This document shows positions 39,231 to 50,430 of a stretch of 64,000 bases of DNA, one piece after another. The notes below the pieces were generated by a model. The model was not told the origin of the DNA, ran no database searches, and saw only the letters and a list, made by a program, of their open reading frames with translations. Source of the stretch: a virus. Position 1 is the stretch's first letter. Each line of letters opens with the position of its first letter. The translations under genes and the position numbers were made by a program. The DNA lies in IMG/VR virus record IMGVR_UViG_3300041809_000801, positions 24,935-88,934 of that record; one strand, written 5' to 3'.

Positions 39231-41530
39231 TAGCTGTTCTCATCAGACTGGTAGAGTCCTTGATTGTTCACGATGTCAGGGGCTTCATTAGTAAGCCGCG
39301 TCAACGCAGAGTGGATAATCTTCTGAGCCGAAAACACTTGGTCAGTCTTCGTAATGTGCCGCCATGTGGTGCATTCAGTGATGAAGTCCCCTGTGCATAG
39401 ATACTGGAAGTTCCCCTTATGCGTAATATCTATGTCCCCGTTAATCTCCAAACGGAGGGCCTTCCCTTGCTTGTTCGGCTGAATGGTTATCTCAGCACCG
39501 CCAGCTAATGCCGCAGTGATGGAGCGCCCATAGGTGTCTGCACCAAGAGCCGTCACTATACCACCAAGGAAGTCAAGCAACAGGGATTGACCATCTTTAT
39601 TCGCTCCGACTCGTAACAGAATGTCACGCACCGCGTGCAAATCTACAGATAACCCAGTTGCATCTGCATTCGATACCGGCATTCCGCTCCAAGCATAGAA
39701 TCCCTGAATCTCAGGCATCTGTGGAGTTCCAACTTGCGTGAGGTCATTGAACCGATACGTGGCATCTCCCGAAGGTGTATACACCGGGCGTCCGGGCGAG
39801 TGAGAATCAATACGATTCTGACTTGTCACTGGGTAAGCCGTCTTTCCTTGACCATCCTGATAACCATTTACCAAGTGCTTACGAAGCACTGAAGGGTCAC
39901 GAGCGCCCACACGGGCGACGAGACCACCATCCAGCCCCATACGCAGGGAGATATTCTCCATGCCGGTCTTGTTGGTCAAAACTCCAGCATCTCCAATTCC
40001 AAACTTGGGGGCTGTCCAGTAGTTGAGTGAACGCTTCTGTACCTTATCCCCTTGACTGCGAGTCTGTGTGAGGATTGAACGACCTCGGTCAGGAAGGGAT
40101 GTGTCATCAGCCCCGAGGCGGATAACTGTCTGACCGAGAGCCTGAAGGTCAATAGCGTCTTCCTCATCCCGGTTCTTGCCTACAACCAGCTTCAGAGAGC
40201 CCACAAGATGCCCTTCCAGCGACCGGCCAGCCCCATGGGGGTGTTCGTATCCACCAGCCAGCGGGATGTTCTCCTTGGGCAGCGTAGCCCCAACCTCAAA
40301 GGATGTGAAGCCTTCCTTAGTCACATCCCAACGAGTCGTGTTCTGCTCATAGGGGAATCTCAAAGAGAGGGTGGAAGCGGCTAGTCGCGCCTCAGCATGG
40401 TCAGCAGAATCGACCACCGGGAGATACCCCGACTCGAAGTCAGCACCAAATCTTCCAAGCTGTGTGTATGGACTGAGCACTGGCTTGAGCACCTTGCCAT
40501 ACGTGCTTTTGTCAAAACGGTTGTACCCCACCAATGTTCCCGAGGCACTTTCTACAATGAATCCACGACGTTGGGGTGTGATGCCCTCATTAAGTGTTGG
40601 ACCAAGTGGTGTGCCGGTACCTTGAGGGCTGTCATAGCTCTGGTTAACCAAATAAGTTTCACTGTCGTATGAAATCCCACCGACAGATTGAATCGTAGTT
40701 CGTTGCCAAGGGTCGGCTGTCGTACCCAACACAAAATCCAAAAGGTCTTCTTGAAGAATCTCAGGCGGCATTGGGTAATCCAAAGCGTATTCCTGCACAC
40801 GAGTCGTATTCTCCGCGAAAGGAATTACATCCTGCTTACCGCTGACATAACGGTCGCTAGGTTGAGTTCCCGGCTGAAGATAGACCGTGTAATCTTTAGA
40901 GCCGTCCGGGAGAGTCACTGGAGTGACCCCATCCGCATCCGGGCGGCTCACCGAACCTTGAAACACAAGGCCGGAATCTGTGTAGGTGACTCGACGCCCC
41001 GTAATCTGAGTCCATTGACGACGATGAATATTGAGCCAGTCCCGGCTCATGTCCTGTGAGGCTTTGTCCCATCCGCCATCTGTTTTCTCTGTGTAACCCG
41101 AGGACATGGAAATAGAGTGCTGACCGGGGTATGCTTTCCGAAGATTGCCACGCTTGCGAACATTGTATCCCGGTGTGTTGTCCAGTAGTCGGTAACCAAT
41201 GGTATCTCTTGCCCGTTGAATATCAGTAAGGATAGGTGTAAGAAGGGCGACCTTCATGTACCCCTTCGTGTACTGGATAGGAACGCAGAGATAGGTTGCC
41301 CCCTCTTCAGGCATAGTTATGTCGGTGGATTCGGTGGAGTTTGAGACGCAAGAGATAACCGATATATCTTGCAGGTTTGAGTTTGTTCTTGAATCCTGTA
41401 GGGTGACAACTCCGCGCTCCCAGTCAACACTGAGGACAGTAGCTATGAACACCTGATATGCTTCCTCCGCCGTACTCGTAGCGTGAAGCTGGTCACGGTA
41501 GTTCATCGAATTGTTGTTGACTAGTGCCAT
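39230..41530 (-). CDS. Baseplate central spike (gp5/VgrG/GpV-like)
   Basis: N-terminal OB-fold-like ATVLSVDWERGVVTL..MPEEGA; beta-repeat C-terminus; follows hub gene. Confidence 0.6.
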   Translation of the reverse strand: MALVNNNSMNYRDQLHATSTAEEAYQVFIATVLSVDWERGVVTLQDSRTNSNLQDISVISCVSNSTESTDITMPEEGATYLCVPIQYTKGYMKVALLTPILTDIQRARDTIGYRLLDNTPGYNVRKRGNLRKAYPGQHSISMSSGYTEKTDGGWDKASQDMSRDWLNIHRRQWTQITGRRVTYTDSGLVFQGSVSRPDADGVTPVTLPDGSKDYTVYLQPGTQPSDRYVSGKQDVIPFAENTTRVQEYALDYPMPPEILQEDLLDFVLGTTADPWQRTTIQSVGGISYDSETYLVNQSYDSPQGTGTPLGPTLNEGITPQRRGFIVESASGTLVGYNRFDKSTYGKVLKPVLSPYTQLGRFGADFESGYLPVVDSADHAEARLAASTLSLRFPYEQNTTRWDVTKEGFTSFEVGATLPKENIPLAGGYEHPHGAGRSLEGHLVGSLKLVVGKNRDEEDAIDLQALGQTVIRLGADDTSLPDRGRSILTQTRSQGDKVQKRSLNYWTAPKFGIGDAGVLTNKTGMENISLRMGLDGGLVARVGARDPSVLRKHLVNGYQDGQGKTAYPVTSQNRIDSHSPGRPVYTPSGDATYRFNDLTQVGTPQMPEIQGFYAWSGMPVSNADATGLSVDLHAVRDILLRVGANKDGQSLLLDFLGGIVTALGADTYGRSITAALAGGAEITIQPNKQGKALRLEINGDIDITHKGNFQYLCTGDFITECTTWRHITKTDQVFSAQKIIHSALTRLTNEAPDIVNNQGLYQSDENS

Positions 41531-41533
41531 GTA

Positions 41534-44329
41534 TTATTTGTCCGTAATGGCTGAAGGTGCGCTCTCAGCGGTAGTGCCCACCACCGAAGGGTTGTTTTGT
41601 ATCGTGCTGAATACGAATGCCTGAGCCTGTGGTGTGCTAGTTGTCGTGCCAACAACATTCGGATTGTTTTGTATCGTGGACACCAATTGAGAGGCTAGGC
41701 TCAACGAACTACCAGACTGCGGGGGCGTGTTGCCTGTGAGGAACGTGAGCACATTACTATCGGTGGTCAACTCAGACTGGGTTATCAGAAGACTGTCTGG
41801 TTGCATGTTGTTCAGAATATTAGCTTGTTTATCCCCCGGCTTCGGCGTTTCGATTTCAAACGATGTGGACGAAGCCACCAAATTCGACACGTTAGCAAGA
41901 GAATTCAACTGACTCTGCAAGGTCGAGGAAGAGTCAACAGCATTCGGTGACCCAACGCCAGCAAACAAAAATGTCTGCTTTGTATCTGTAATACTCTGTG
42001 TTTCGTCCGAAGTAGAATGTAAAACCAACACGCCTCTGTGGGTTTCACGTTCCGCCTCCACTAGACTCTTCCACCGCCCCCACGGGAACGGCGTTATTAA
42101 CTCATAACCCCCCTCGTCTGTATATGGCTGGGTTCCAATAATTTTTTGAAGGTATCTCACATCCACCCCTCGGGTGCCCGGTCCCCAATTCGTCGCCGAG
42201 AAGAAGGGCTTACCCTGCGTAATAACTGTCGGGCTAAAAGTTTGAGTGGGGGTAGTAGAGGACGTAGATTGCCCAGTGCTCCCAGCCCCGGTTGACGTTT
42301 GCGCGGCGTCGTCTGCTGTAGCAACGTCATTTTGTACCCTGAAGCTTTTGGTTCTTGTATCCGCCTTGGTTCCAAACGAGGTTCCATACTGCGATTGCCG
42401 TGCAGATATGACAGCCATATCATTCGAGTAAATTGGTTTGGCATCCGGTTGCAGTTGGGTTGCCGGGATGTTCAGCAAATTGGCATTTGAACTTGCCGAT
42501 GGAAACCCGTCATTGGTAATTGATGATGGACTAGAAGAAAAAATACTGGTTTGAGAATTCGTAGTTGAGGGGGGCTCCGTCCATTGCATGACAAGATTCG
42601 GTTGAGTGGTGTAGACCACTGGTGGATTTGTATAGATTGTCTGATTCTGACCTGTTGTCTTGACCGCAGGAAACACTGGACGCTTACGAAGTGTGTCCAA
42701 CATAATGCTCATGGTCGCAGCACCCCCTTGAGAATAAGAGATGCTGATGGTCTTGATGTACCCATACATATCCTTATGTGGCAGGTACATGGGGAACCCC
42801 AAACGCAATTCTGGCCGCAGAGGGATGGTTAAATTGTATGTACGCCAGCCACGATTAGCCCGATTCAATTCGCTAACAGCATAGGTGTAACATGCAACCT
42901 TATCCTGAAGCCCCAGCCATGTAACTGTACGTGCAATTTCTTCTCGCAAACCAAAACGCGCCATTTTGGGAATATCAATGTGTTGAATAACCGGGCGTAG
43001 AAGAGCAGTACCCGCATCCGGGATCATCGGCAAGTTAGGTAAGAGAGATGGTTGAACAGTCACACGAGTGGCTTTGATGGCTTGTTGATCCTCCGCCTCC
43101 GACTCAGTTTCAATTTCACTAAGATGTACAACAAACGGGTTGGTGTTGTCGGTTATCTGTGTATCATTGAGCGCCCCCGTTCCAGTTATCGCCGCTGACT
43201 GCGCTGCCATTGTCCCCCGAATGTTAGTCACATCAAGGTTGTAAAGAGGCGGTTTGAAAATAACTGTTCCATCGAGGTCTTGAAACCCCTCATAACCAAT
43301 CAACTGCACAATCGTACGAATGCGTTCCAATCGAGACGTGACACGACCATTGGTCAATTGAATCTGTCCAATGTTCATATCAGGAAGGTAGCCTCGAATC
43401 ACATCTACGTAGTAATCGGGGTTAGAGACATTTTGTGCCAACAAGGCGTGCTGTGTGTCTCTCGCTGTCTGTAAATTGGGGGTTGTATCCCCATCAGCAT
43501 CCTGATAGGTCTGCGTGAAGCCGTTAATGTCTTGTGGCAACACTGACCCCGGCCTGTAACCAGTGATGTGAACTTCCTTACGAATGTTCTCTATGATTGG
43601 TTGCCACTTGTTACAATAGCCAACCTTAACTGCCTCTGCCCACTGCTGTGATACCCCCGACACTCCTGTCTGTTGAATAGCATTCAATTGAAACCCTTCG
43701 AAAGTGATGCCGCGAAGGAACGTATCCGCGAGAGCCTCATAGGGGTTCATGTTGGCTTGATTGGTTGCATACGGCTGTACAAGACGCTCAGAGTTGCTCA
43801 ACAGCGCGGGGGCTTGGTCGATGTACATGTACTCAAGCAAATGCAGAACCCCCAAACACTGTACTGAAATCTCCAGAAACATGCCAGTATCTGTGTGTGC
43901 CACATGCGATGAGAGTCCTTTGAAAACTCGATGATAGATGGTGTTCCCGTTACTCGATGCAAAGTAGCCCTTAGCAAAAATCTGAACCTCCATCATCGAC
44001 TCAATGAGGTTGTTACCTCCCGGCGTCTGAAAAAGATATTTGGCATGATTGGGAACCTGCAACGTGAAGTTTCCAGATGGAACCAAATTGTCCACATCAT
44101 AGGACGCGGAGAAATTCTGCACGTAGTCATTGAAACTGACAAAGGTGTAGGGTTGCCCTTGAGTAGTATTTGTTATGTAGGGATTGAGCAAGTAAGTCTT
44201 ACCGTCCAAGTAGACAATGAGGTCCGGGCAGGTCTTAATTATTTCACGCTCCTGCACAGTCTGATTCAAATTACGAATCATGCCGTCAGTAGAAGCGTCA
44301 TTGTATGTTGTCTGCGATGAATCAGCCAT
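41534..44329 (-). CDS. Baseplate hub (gp27/GpD-like) protein
   Basis: EGFQDLDGTVIFKPPLYN, RFGLRE, IPLRPELRLGFP, YIKTISISY; ATG 44329 with GGAG. Confidence 0.7.
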   Translation of the reverse strand: MADSSQTTYNDASTDGMIRNLNQTVQEREIIKTCPDLIVYLDGKTYLLNPYITNTTQGQPYTFVSFNDYVQNFSASYDVDNLVPSGNFTLQVPNHAKYLFQTPGGNNLIESMMEVQIFAKGYFASSNGNTIYHRVFKGLSSHVAHTDTGMFLEISVQCLGVLHLLEYMYIDQAPALLSNSERLVQPYATNQANMNPYEALADTFLRGITFEGFQLNAIQQTGVSGVSQQWAEAVKVGYCNKWQPIIENIRKEVHITGYRPGSVLPQDINGFTQTYQDADGDTTPNLQTARDTQHALLAQNVSNPDYYVDVIRGYLPDMNIGQIQLTNGRVTSRLERIRTIVQLIGYEGFQDLDGTVIFKPPLYNLDVTNIRGTMAAQSAAITGTGALNDTQITDNTNPFVVHLSEIETESEAEDQQAIKATRVTVQPSLLPNLPMIPDAGTALLRPVIQHIDIPKMARFGLREEIARTVTWLGLQDKVACYTYAVSELNRANRGWRTYNLTIPLRPELRLGFPMYLPHKDMYGYIKTISISYSQGGAATMSIMLDTLRKRPVFPAVKTTGQNQTIYTNPPVVYTTQPNLVMQWTEPPSTTNSQTSIFSSSPSSITNDGFPSASSNANLLNIPATQLQPDAKPIYSNDMAVISARQSQYGTSFGTKADTRTKSFRVQNDVATADDAAQTSTGAGSTGQSTSSTTPTQTFSPTVITQGKPFFSATNWGPGTRGVDVRYLQKIIGTQPYTDEGGYELITPFPWGRWKSLVEAERETHRGVLVLHSTSDETQSITDTKQTFLFAGVGSPNAVDSSSTLQSQLNSLANVSNLVASSTSFEIETPKPGDKQANILNNMQPDSLLITQSELTTDSNVLTFLTGNTPPQSGSSLSLASQLVSTIQNNPNVVGTTTSTPQAQAFVFSTIQNNPSVVGTTAESAPSAITDK

Positions 44330-44342
44330 GTAACTCTCCAAC

Positions 44343-45602
44343 CTATGCCGAAACGGGGTTGCTCACGCCCGAAAAGAAAGACGGGGGGTTCATAGGCACC
44401 ACCGGCTCTAAATCATTTGCGTTAGCACCCACAACAGCCGGTGCTTGACCCGCTGCTCCAGAGCCAACTGCCGCCGCAGCGGCGGTGGCCTGAGATGCTC
44501 TAAAAGCAAGTGCCGAGGGCGCGTATTGAGATAATGTGTTATTGGTCTGAATGCTGCTATTCTGACCCACCACGACCGGGTAAGCATGACCACGTTCCAC
44601 ATTATTCTCAATGCTGCCCCAGTAGGGAGAGGTCGAACGATACTTTTCTCTCCACACAAAGAAACTCAATGTGAAATTCAACATGAATGGCTGCGTGGCA
44701 TCTTGTGAAACAGTCAAACCATCGAACATGCCGAACCAGATGAAGTTTCCATACCAGAGTTCTACATCCTGATGCATACGAATACGACGACGTAAATAGT
44801 CTGCTGCTAACGGACCCTCGTTATACTCCTCCCCCTCGAACCAATAGCCATTGTTTTCGAAAACTTCCTGAAGCTGCATCAAGTTTCTATAGGACACGGC
44901 ATAGTAGCTGTACTCGTCCGTCAACCCCCGAGTGAAGTAAGAACCTGCGGAAGTTCCTTGTAGTTGCACCATGAAACAATCTTCACCCCACACACCAAAC
45001 TGCCACCCACCACGAGTCAACGATTGAGTGTCCACTGTCTGACGATTGACAGTTACCGTGTGAGGGTTAATCAAGAACCTGAACTCCACCGCCTGTGTGG
45101 GATCGGGCTGTAACGAACTGGAATTCACCCCCCGGTGCGGGATACGAACCTTAATGTAATCAGTGAGCAGTCGCTTCGCTGCTGTTGACGGTGTAATGTA
45201 GAAATCTGTATCTTGAACTTTGTTCCTTTGAACTGTTAGAGAATTCCCGCTCAGTTCATTGTAGTCGTCAAATGTTCCCTGAAGTTCCGCAGCATTGACC
45301 TTTTGAGGAATCAGTCTCTTCTCAGCACGAGTGGGCAAGTACACCACGGTCGAAGTCGGTCGAATATCACTAACATCATTCACCCCTCGGCTATTAGGAT
45401 TTCCAGCTTGCGCCGTAATTGGTGTCCCACTAAGCGGTAGTCCCACCAAGGGTACACTCGGGAGAATGGCAGGAGAGGTATCACCTGTCGTCACAGGGAT
45501 TGTGGGGATAATCGAATTCACTGTCACGGATTCCGTAATCGGCTGACCGTTGATGGTGGTAAGAGCCCCGCTGCTATTTGTTGTAAAGTTGTTCGTAGCC
45601 AT
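44343..45602 (-). CDS. Tail tube initiator/baseplate protein
   Basis: FLINPHTV..TRGGW..WGED..L.G and G.FDGL.V.Q...PF..FTLSF pattern. Confidence 0.6.
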   Translation of the reverse strand: MATNNFTTNSSGALTTINGQPITESVTVNSIIPTIPVTTGDTSPAILPSVPLVGLPLSGTPITAQAGNPNSRGVNDVSDIRPTSTVVYLPTRAEKRLIPQKVNAAELQGTFDDYNELSGNSLTVQRNKVQDTDFYITPSTAAKRLLTDYIKVRIPHRGVNSSSLQPDPTQAVEFRFLINPHTVTVNRQTVDTQSLTRGGWQFGVWGEDCFMVQLQGTSAGSYFTRGLTDEYSYYAVSYRNLMQLQEVFENNGYWFEGEEYNEGPLAADYLRRRIRMHQDVELWYGNFIWFGMFDGLTVSQDATQPFMLNFTLSFFVWREKYRSTSPYWGSIENNVERGHAYPVVVGQNSSIQTNNTLSQYAPSALAFRASQATAAAAAVGSGAAGQAPAVVGANANDLEPVVPMNPPSFFSGVSNPVSA

Positions 45603-45604
45603 TT

Positions 45605-47119
45605 TTACCCCGGTATGAATTCCTGACCGATTGTTCTCTCAACTTGGAAAACGAAAGAGAAATCCCAGCTAAAGGGCTTCATCGCCGACATCTGCCATTG
45701 AAGACTTTTGAAGTATCCCTGATACACAAAATTGCGGTAGGTCATAATGACCCCACCACGAGTCAGGACATCGTTGTTTCTAGCATTCTTTTGAGCACCA
45801 CTCAACCCCAAAGTCGGTGACCATGCCTGAATACTCGTCCAGTCACGGGTTTCCCCCATGTTGTCTTGATACGTCTTGTTCCAAAACCACACATTGCCAT
45901 TCATCTTGAACAAAGCAAGGAATTCCATGAAAGCGTCCTGAGCGGCTACGCGAAAAGCTGAGGTCTGTGAAAAATTGGGATTATTCCTTGCTGCCGAGTT
46001 TATAGTGGCGGTGAATGAGGGGCTACCTCCTGTAGATGTAGTCACACTCTGCCCATTCGGGCCATCTACTGTAATCAAGTTGCTAAAAGAACTTGGGGTT
46101 ACGCTGGCATTGCCCCCTAAGGGGGTGTTATTGCTAGTCCCACTTCCACTTGGCAAATTCAAAAACATGGAGCCCACCAACTTCTTCAAGTTGTCATTGA
46201 TGGTACGGGTGCTGTAGTAATCCGTAAGACCAAACTGATTCATAAACACCCCAGTTGAACACTGTCCCTCGATTGTGTCAGCTTGCAATCCCCACATCGT
46301 GATGTGCTGCGCCGTGCGGGTGTGCTGATGGTGGTAAATATGTTTCATCGACCAATTCACACTCTTCATGGAAGCGTTCAACCTAACCTGAATCGGTTGG
46401 CCTTGCTGCCCCTTTTCAGCGAGGATGAAGTAAGTATTGTTGTGCAGTAAAACCTCAAAGGTCACAGGTTGAACCTCGGCTCTAAGTCTTGGATTTCCTG
46501 TAACCAAACCAGCATCCTGATACCATGGTTTAACGTTCAGCCCCTCTTGAATCACAATCATTGGAACCAGTGCGGTCAGGTCTACATTTTGAGCGTTGTT
46601 ACTCAACGGCACATACGCTTGAGCGGTTGGTGGTATGTTGCCACCTGCGAGAGGATCAGTCATCTCACCCACTGTAGATGTATCCGTGGCTCCGCCAGCC
46701 GTTTGCCAATTTTGAACGTACGTTGAAGAAGCATAGCCATCGGGTGAACCTGTATTGTAAGCTTGCACAGCCGCTGCCATGTTGCCACCGTTGTTCTGTA
46801 GGTTATTCCCAAGTTGAGCGACCCCCTTAGTGATGTTATCAGCCATTGATAAACTAGCAGCGTCGGGGTATGTACCGCTATTCAACTGCATGATGCCATA
46901 GTCGTAAGTGCCGTTAGGGTTCTGCGGTCCGACAAGAACATTGCCATCTGGTCCAAACTGCTTTCCTGATGACTCGATTGCAACAACGGCCAAAACATCA
47001 TTCACATTGAGTTGGTATTGATTCGACCCTAAACTCGCATTGTAGTTATTGACAGCGGTAGTCACCGCAGCCACATTGTTAGGCTGAGTTTGGGTGATTT
47101 GACTTACAGTCGCTGGCAT
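45605..47119 (-). CDS. Virion lytic transglycosylase (SLT domain) fused to tail-tube-initiator-like domain
   Basis: AVVAIESSG, DYGIMQLN, NITKG, AVQAYNTG; C-terminal half resembles 44343-45602. Confidence 0.8.
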   Translation of the reverse strand: MPATVSQITQTQPNNVAAVTTAVNNYNASLGSNQYQLNVNDVLAVVAIESSGKQFGPDGNVLVGPQNPNGTYDYGIMQLNSGTYPDAASLSMADNITKGVAQLGNNLQNNGGNMAAAVQAYNTGSPDGYASSTYVQNWQTAGGATDTSTVGEMTDPLAGGNIPPTAQAYVPLSNNAQNVDLTALVPMIVIQEGLNVKPWYQDAGLVTGNPRLRAEVQPVTFEVLLHNNTYFILAEKGQQGQPIQVRLNASMKSVNWSMKHIYHHQHTRTAQHITMWGLQADTIEGQCSTGVFMNQFGLTDYYSTRTINDNLKKLVGSMFLNLPSGSGTSNNTPLGGNASVTPSSFSNLITVDGPNGQSVTTSTGGSPSFTATINSAARNNPNFSQTSAFRVAAQDAFMEFLALFKMNGNVWFWNKTYQDNMGETRDWTSIQAWSPTLGLSGAQKNARNNDVLTRGGVIMTYRNFVYQGYFKSLQWQMSAMKPFSWDFSFVFQVERTIGQEFIPG

Positions 47120-50100
47120 CAGTACCTACCTCCACTCATTGCTTGATAGAGACTGTTATCAAACCCCGTGTCTACACCCGGCAAACCGCCTCCGGGTACT
47201 GTTTCTCCTGATGCTGGTTTTGTAGATGGGGTGGGGGGCACCGCCGTTTTAAGTGTTCCGACGTTGACAGTTTTGTTTACTTGAACAGTGGGAGCAGGGG
47301 TAGTCTGATTTGGCGCACCGGCACCTGTTGCTGGTACCTGTCCCTGTGCCGCAGCAACAGGATTGGTGTTAGATACGAACCCACCCTTGGATGCTTCATA
47401 AACAGTTTTGAGTGTTTTGTACTCCATGTCTCTGATTTCATCCCAGTGATGACCAGTTCCTTCGAGTCCTTGAAACTTGGCGTGTCCTGCCATCGACTCA
47501 ATAGCATCCCTGAGAGCCAATAACTGTTTGGCGTCCGCAGCCGAGAGCATCCCGTGTTCTTTCTGCTCTTCCTGAAGTCGATTGAAATTCTGCCAAATAT
47601 CTGCTGCTGTTCTATCTGGCATCGGGCCAGCAACATCTTTCCACTTATTCTGCGTGTCCAACTTAACAATCTGAGCTACAGTGGTAGCATCCATCTGTGC
47701 TTTTGTGTCTTCACCAATATGCGAAGCCTCCTCAACTGCCGAGCGGTCAGCCGCAGAGGGGTTAAGCATAAAATCCACCAACATCATGAGAGGCTGTCCA
47801 ATCTTCGATAAGATGTTATCGCTGATGGTGCTGAGAAGCCCACTAATCGTGCGGGTGCCTGAGGCTATCTCTGCTGTGTTTCTTTCTTGCTCAGTTTTTT
47901 CCTCAGTATGATTGAGTTTCAACACTCTGGCTATCGGGTTGTTCGGGTCAGCCAAAAGTTCTAGGATGTCCCCGGCGTCTGTGTTTTGCTTGAGACTCTC
48001 CGTAAGTTTATCCAATGACTTGTCGTCCATGTTAGTGACAAGTTCTTTTGCCCCACCCGGTTTGAAAGCGGTGCCTGTCTTACGCAAAATTCCCTCATAG
48101 AAATTTTCTTCCTCTTGAGGGGCATTAAATGCAGCCCCCAAGCCGCCCTCTTTCATCGACTTGACTTCTTTTTCTATTGCCTCTGATGACTCGTTCAGCA
48201 AGTTCAAAGCCTTCGATGGGTCACCGCCGAATGCTTCCGTCAATTTATCCAAAAGCAATGGATTGGTTGCCAACGCCGCTGTAGGGTTAGCTATCGCCGC
48301 TCCAAAGGAAGTCTTTTGCTGCTTCAACACTTCATTCATTCGGCTGAGATTCAAAGTCATGTTACCTTCGGGCGTCTTACCAAGAACATCCATCATCGCC
48401 CCTAGTTGAACCGGGTTTCCATGTTGAGCCACAACTGCACGACCTTGAGCAGCTTGGTACTGACGCAAATAACCTTCCAGCGGCGTGGTGAATACCCCAG
48501 CATCGGCATTCGATGGCATGTTTCTCTTGAACCGAGTGTAGGCTTTCTCAACATCCCGCCCTGAATTTCTATCCAACCCCTTCCAAATATCCTCTTTATT
48601 CATACTCAAGTGTTCCATGGCTGTATCCAAACCGCTTGCCAATGTATCACTCGCGTTCCTTGCGGCCTCTTCCTGAGTCTTTACAAAGGTCGCCCTTGTT
48701 CCGGGGGATTGCATTTGAAAGAGAGCACTACGCTGTTCCAAACTGGATTTGTCCTCAGTCAACGCGCTCACATCTTCTTTCAACTGGTCGTATGTGGAAG
48801 TTCCCGCAGACCCGAGCATACGGAGGAGGCTAGTGGTGGTTTCTATGGACTTGTTCATACTGCCAAACTGGTCAGTAATATCGTCAATGAGTTGAAGATA
48901 CTTAGTGGTGGAGATGCCAGCCGCGTGGATGTCTTTGCCAATGGTGCGGAAGAAATCCTGCGTACCAGTTAGGGTCATCTTGTAAGTCTGAAGCATCTTC
49001 ATTACTTGCTTCGTACCCTCAACATCAGTGAGGCCAACCTCGCGTGCTTGTTTGAATACGATGTTCCCAATATCTCCTACACTACGAGGATTGCCTTCAA
49101 AAAATCCCTTTGATGGTCGAGCAAGTTCAGCCAACCCGGCTCCCTCTTCTTGCATAGTTTGAGCAACCGCCATTTGACGTTCTGTAGTGATGTTGTGCGC
49201 GTTCAAGCCATAAGCCATCAGATTTTGTCTGACATTCATTAAGGCACGACCGCCGCCCACACCGGCTGTAAATATTCCGGCTTTGCCAAGGTTCTTTTCA
49301 GTCTCTTGATTTTGTTTTGCTACCTTGTCTACCAAATCCCCAAGAGCCCCAACTGCGGCCATACCAATACCCACAGGACCGGCCAGCTTTTCAATCGCAC
49401 CGAGTCCCATATCTGTGGCACCATGAGCAAGACCAGTGAACACATTACCGCCGCCCTGTGCCGCCAGACCAGTCACCGCTTTAGATACAAAACCCCCACC
49501 GCCTTCTTCTTGCTGGCTCTTAAGTGCCATACTAACTAGCTTGCGGTTCAACCACCCGGATTTCTCCCCACAATGACCCTCAGTAAGAGTGTCGGCGATA
49601 ACATCTCGAACTTCCTTAGACTTCCATTTCTTAGGGTCAATCCGTCCTTGCTCATCGTGAACATCAATACCCGCAGCGTGTAACCGAGCCATGATATTCG
49701 CGTTTTTATCTCTGTGCGTCCTCTTGTGTCCAGCTTTTACTTCAGCAAGTTCTTGTCTTTTCTCATACGCGGCTTGCGCTGTTCGATGTGCCTTCTCTAC
49801 ACGACCGGAGCCCCCGCCCAAAACTGCGTTCATAGCCATGATTTTCTGGTTGACACCACCAGTCTTAACCCGCTGTGTAATCGCGATTGTTCTATCCTGA
49901 ATGACCTTCAGAATATCTGCGACTTCCCGATACTCATCTTTGTTACTCTTGACCTTAGCGTTGAAGTCACTTTGATGGCGGGAAAGGAGCCTCTCACCAT
50001 CTGAACATTTACGAATAGCAATGTGAAGGTCATTCATTTCTCTCTTCGTGAGATTTCCACTTTTCGCTAACCGCTCTGCTTCTTCCCTCATCGTGCGAAG

Positions 50101-50430
50101 CTGCTCCCCCGCCTTCTTAAAGGACAGGGTTCCAAGGTTAGCCCCCAATTTCTTGGCCTCAGTAGTCAACACCCTCAACCTATCCCGAGCAGTACCGATA
50201 TACTTAACCAAGTCTTCAGCACTAGTCGCGGCCCCCGTGAACTCTTCAGCCACAGTCTCAGCAGTTCCTGCAACTTCGCGCATAACCTTCAGCACGTCAT
50301 CCCAAGTACCTGTCTGTTTGTCAATTGATTGACGAAGGGCTTCCATAGCAGCATTCAAACGCTCAGGAGCATCTGTCGCTTGTTGTGGGGCATTACCAGC
50401 TTCGCCGGGGGCTTGGTCACCGATTGGCAT
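47119..50430 (-). CDS. Tail tape measure protein
   Basis: 1103 aa helical, A/G-rich middle, immediately upstream of SLT/hub/spike genes. Confidence 0.7.
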   Translation of the reverse strand: MPIGDQAPGEAGNAPQQATDAPERLNAAMEALRQSIDKQTGTWDDVLKVMREVAGTAETVAEEFTGAATSAEDLVKYIGTARDRLRVLTTEAKKLGANLGTLSFKKAGEQLRTMREEAERLAKSGNLTKREMNDLHIAIRKCSDGERLLSRHQSDFNAKVKSNKDEYREVADILKVIQDRTIAITQRVKTGGVNQKIMAMNAVLGGGSGRVEKAHRTAQAAYEKRQELAEVKAGHKRTHRDKNANIMARLHAAGIDVHDEQGRIDPKKWKSKEVRDVIADTLTEGHCGEKSGWLNRKLVSMALKSQQEEGGGGFVSKAVTGLAAQGGGNVFTGLAHGATDMGLGAIEKLAGPVGIGMAAVGALGDLVDKVAKQNQETEKNLGKAGIFTAGVGGGRALMNVRQNLMAYGLNAHNITTERQMAVAQTMQEEGAGLAELARPSKGFFEGNPRSVGDIGNIVFKQAREVGLTDVEGTKQVMKMLQTYKMTLTGTQDFFRTIGKDIHAAGISTTKYLQLIDDITDQFGSMNKSIETTTSLLRMLGSAGTSTYDQLKEDVSALTEDKSSLEQRSALFQMQSPGTRATFVKTQEEAARNASDTLASGLDTAMEHLSMNKEDIWKGLDRNSGRDVEKAYTRFKRNMPSNADAGVFTTPLEGYLRQYQAAQGRAVVAQHGNPVQLGAMMDVLGKTPEGNMTLNLSRMNEVLKQQKTSFGAAIANPTAALATNPLLLDKLTEAFGGDPSKALNLLNESSEAIEKEVKSMKEGGLGAAFNAPQEEENFYEGILRKTGTAFKPGGAKELVTNMDDKSLDKLTESLKQNTDAGDILELLADPNNPIARVLKLNHTEEKTEQERNTAEIASGTRTISGLLSTISDNILSKIGQPLMMLVDFMLNPSAADRSAVEEASHIGEDTKAQMDATTVAQIVKLDTQNKWKDVAGPMPDRTAADIWQNFNRLQEEQKEHGMLSAADAKQLLALRDAIESMAGHAKFQGLEGTGHHWDEIRDMEYKTLKTVYEASKGGFVSNTNPVAAAQGQVPATGAGAPNQTTPAPTVQVNKTVNVGTLKTAVPPTPSTKPASGETVPGGGLPGVDTGFDNSLYQAMSGGRY

